Positions 62,912 through 64,000 of a stretch of 64,000 bases of DNA are shown here, piece by piece. The stretch spans positions 44,268,001 to 44,332,000 of the forward strand of contig OZ024742.1 in the NCBI GenBank assembly GCA_964016885.1, read 5' to 3'. The position numbers were made by a program, and so were the translations under genes. The DNA is from Eledone cirrhosa. Lineage: Eukaryota. Each line of letters starts with the position of its first letter. Position 1 is the stretch's first letter. The notes beneath the pieces were generated by a model, which had not been told where the DNA came from, made no database searches, and worked only from the letters and a program-made list of their open reading frames with translations.

Positions 62912-64000
62912 GTAAGTAAAAACTTTTCACATTTTACAAATGTAGTTTCGAGTGTGTTGTTGTTGGAAAAATTATTTTGTGGTTGCTTAAATCAATCATA
63001 GAAAAAAAATGTTTAGATTTTAAACCACATATTGAAACAATTTCCATTTATCATCAGCTACCATTCTAGTGAGTTGTGATTGAACTAAACAAAAACAACC
63101 TTTATTTCCTGCCAACTTCTAATGTCCTTTGCTTGCTGTATTTTACAGTAAAAATGAAAATTATTTCAATTGTTTTAATATGAATTACTATTACATGCAG
63201 TAGTATTAGATAACATATTGAACTAGAAATTTCTGCACTGAAAGTTCAAATCTATTCAGTTGTTCATTGCTTTATTTCCTTTAATTTTGGGAAAAGGTGT
63301 TTTTGTAGCCAAGTTAAATATAATAGGAAAGTCCAGCAGGTAATATATCTCTCACCCATTTAGCATTATAGTCATTTTAGAAGAGAAGGGAATTTCATAT
63401 TGGAAATATTTGTAAGGTTTTTTACTCTCCCACTTGGGCAAAATTTCTTAATGCTTTTATTACTATATCTCTAATTGTTTTGATACCAAACTTCCTGAAA
63501 CTGCCTCTGGTTCTATGATATGAAACTTCTTATTTTAAAGGGTATATATTTATCTAAAATCCTTCCTACATAATTTTATGTAAATAGGAGAGAGGTAGTG
63601 ATAATGATATTGGACATGATAATGGTAATGAGTGATGATGATGATGGTAGTAGTAAGAAGTATAGGTGAGAGAGTGGTAGTGATAAAGTAGGAGATGAAG
63701 ACAATGGATAGTTCAATAGAAAGCAGATGTTCACCCAAACCTGGAAGGTGATAGGTGAATGGAAAGCACATAGAGCAATAGATGGAGATACCATAGGTGT
63801 GTAGTGGACAAAGGCCTGCCACATCCAGCTTCCATCTCTATCACCTTAATGACCATTTTGCCATGCCTGCACCATTAGGCTTGTCTTTCCTCCACACAGC
63901 ATATCATTAATTGTCACCATCCTCAGTTATCTCCTTTGAAAAGTTCAACCTCTTTAGGTCAGTCTTCACCATTTTGTCCCAAATTTTCTTTAGTCTCCAT

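Overview
AT-rich, repeat-dense animal genomic DNA. The SINE/RTE/microsatellite make-up suggests a coleoid cephalopod, probably Octopus; this is an inference. The window appears to be mostly intronic sequence of a + strand gene. I can see one clear phase-1 EGF/laminin-EGF-type exon (62771-62911) and two upstream phase-1 microexon candidates (33 nt and 45 nt) that splice in frame with it. The remainder is transposon-derived: a near-full-length pseudogenised RTE LINE with an 8-bp TSD whose ORF carries a PHD-type zinc finger inside the RT region (also present in a second, divergent copy); a truncated BovB-like RTE; an R4/Dong-like RLE LINE nested in a Helitron; three non-autonomous Helitrons; two TTAA-flanked piggyBac-type MITE families; a Tc1/pogo-like MITE; a Tigger transposase relic; several tRNA-SINE families, some in tandem arrays; Penelope-like relics with hammerhead-like motifs; a U2 snRNA fragment; and several long fold-back hairpins. 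The most notable observations are the PHD-in-RT LINE, a twin-priming-type 5' inversion in a non-L1 LINE, the hammerhead-like motifs, and the microexon pair. Most short ORFs in the supplied track are microsatellite or antisense artefacts. Coordinates of degraded repeats are approximate and were read by eye.
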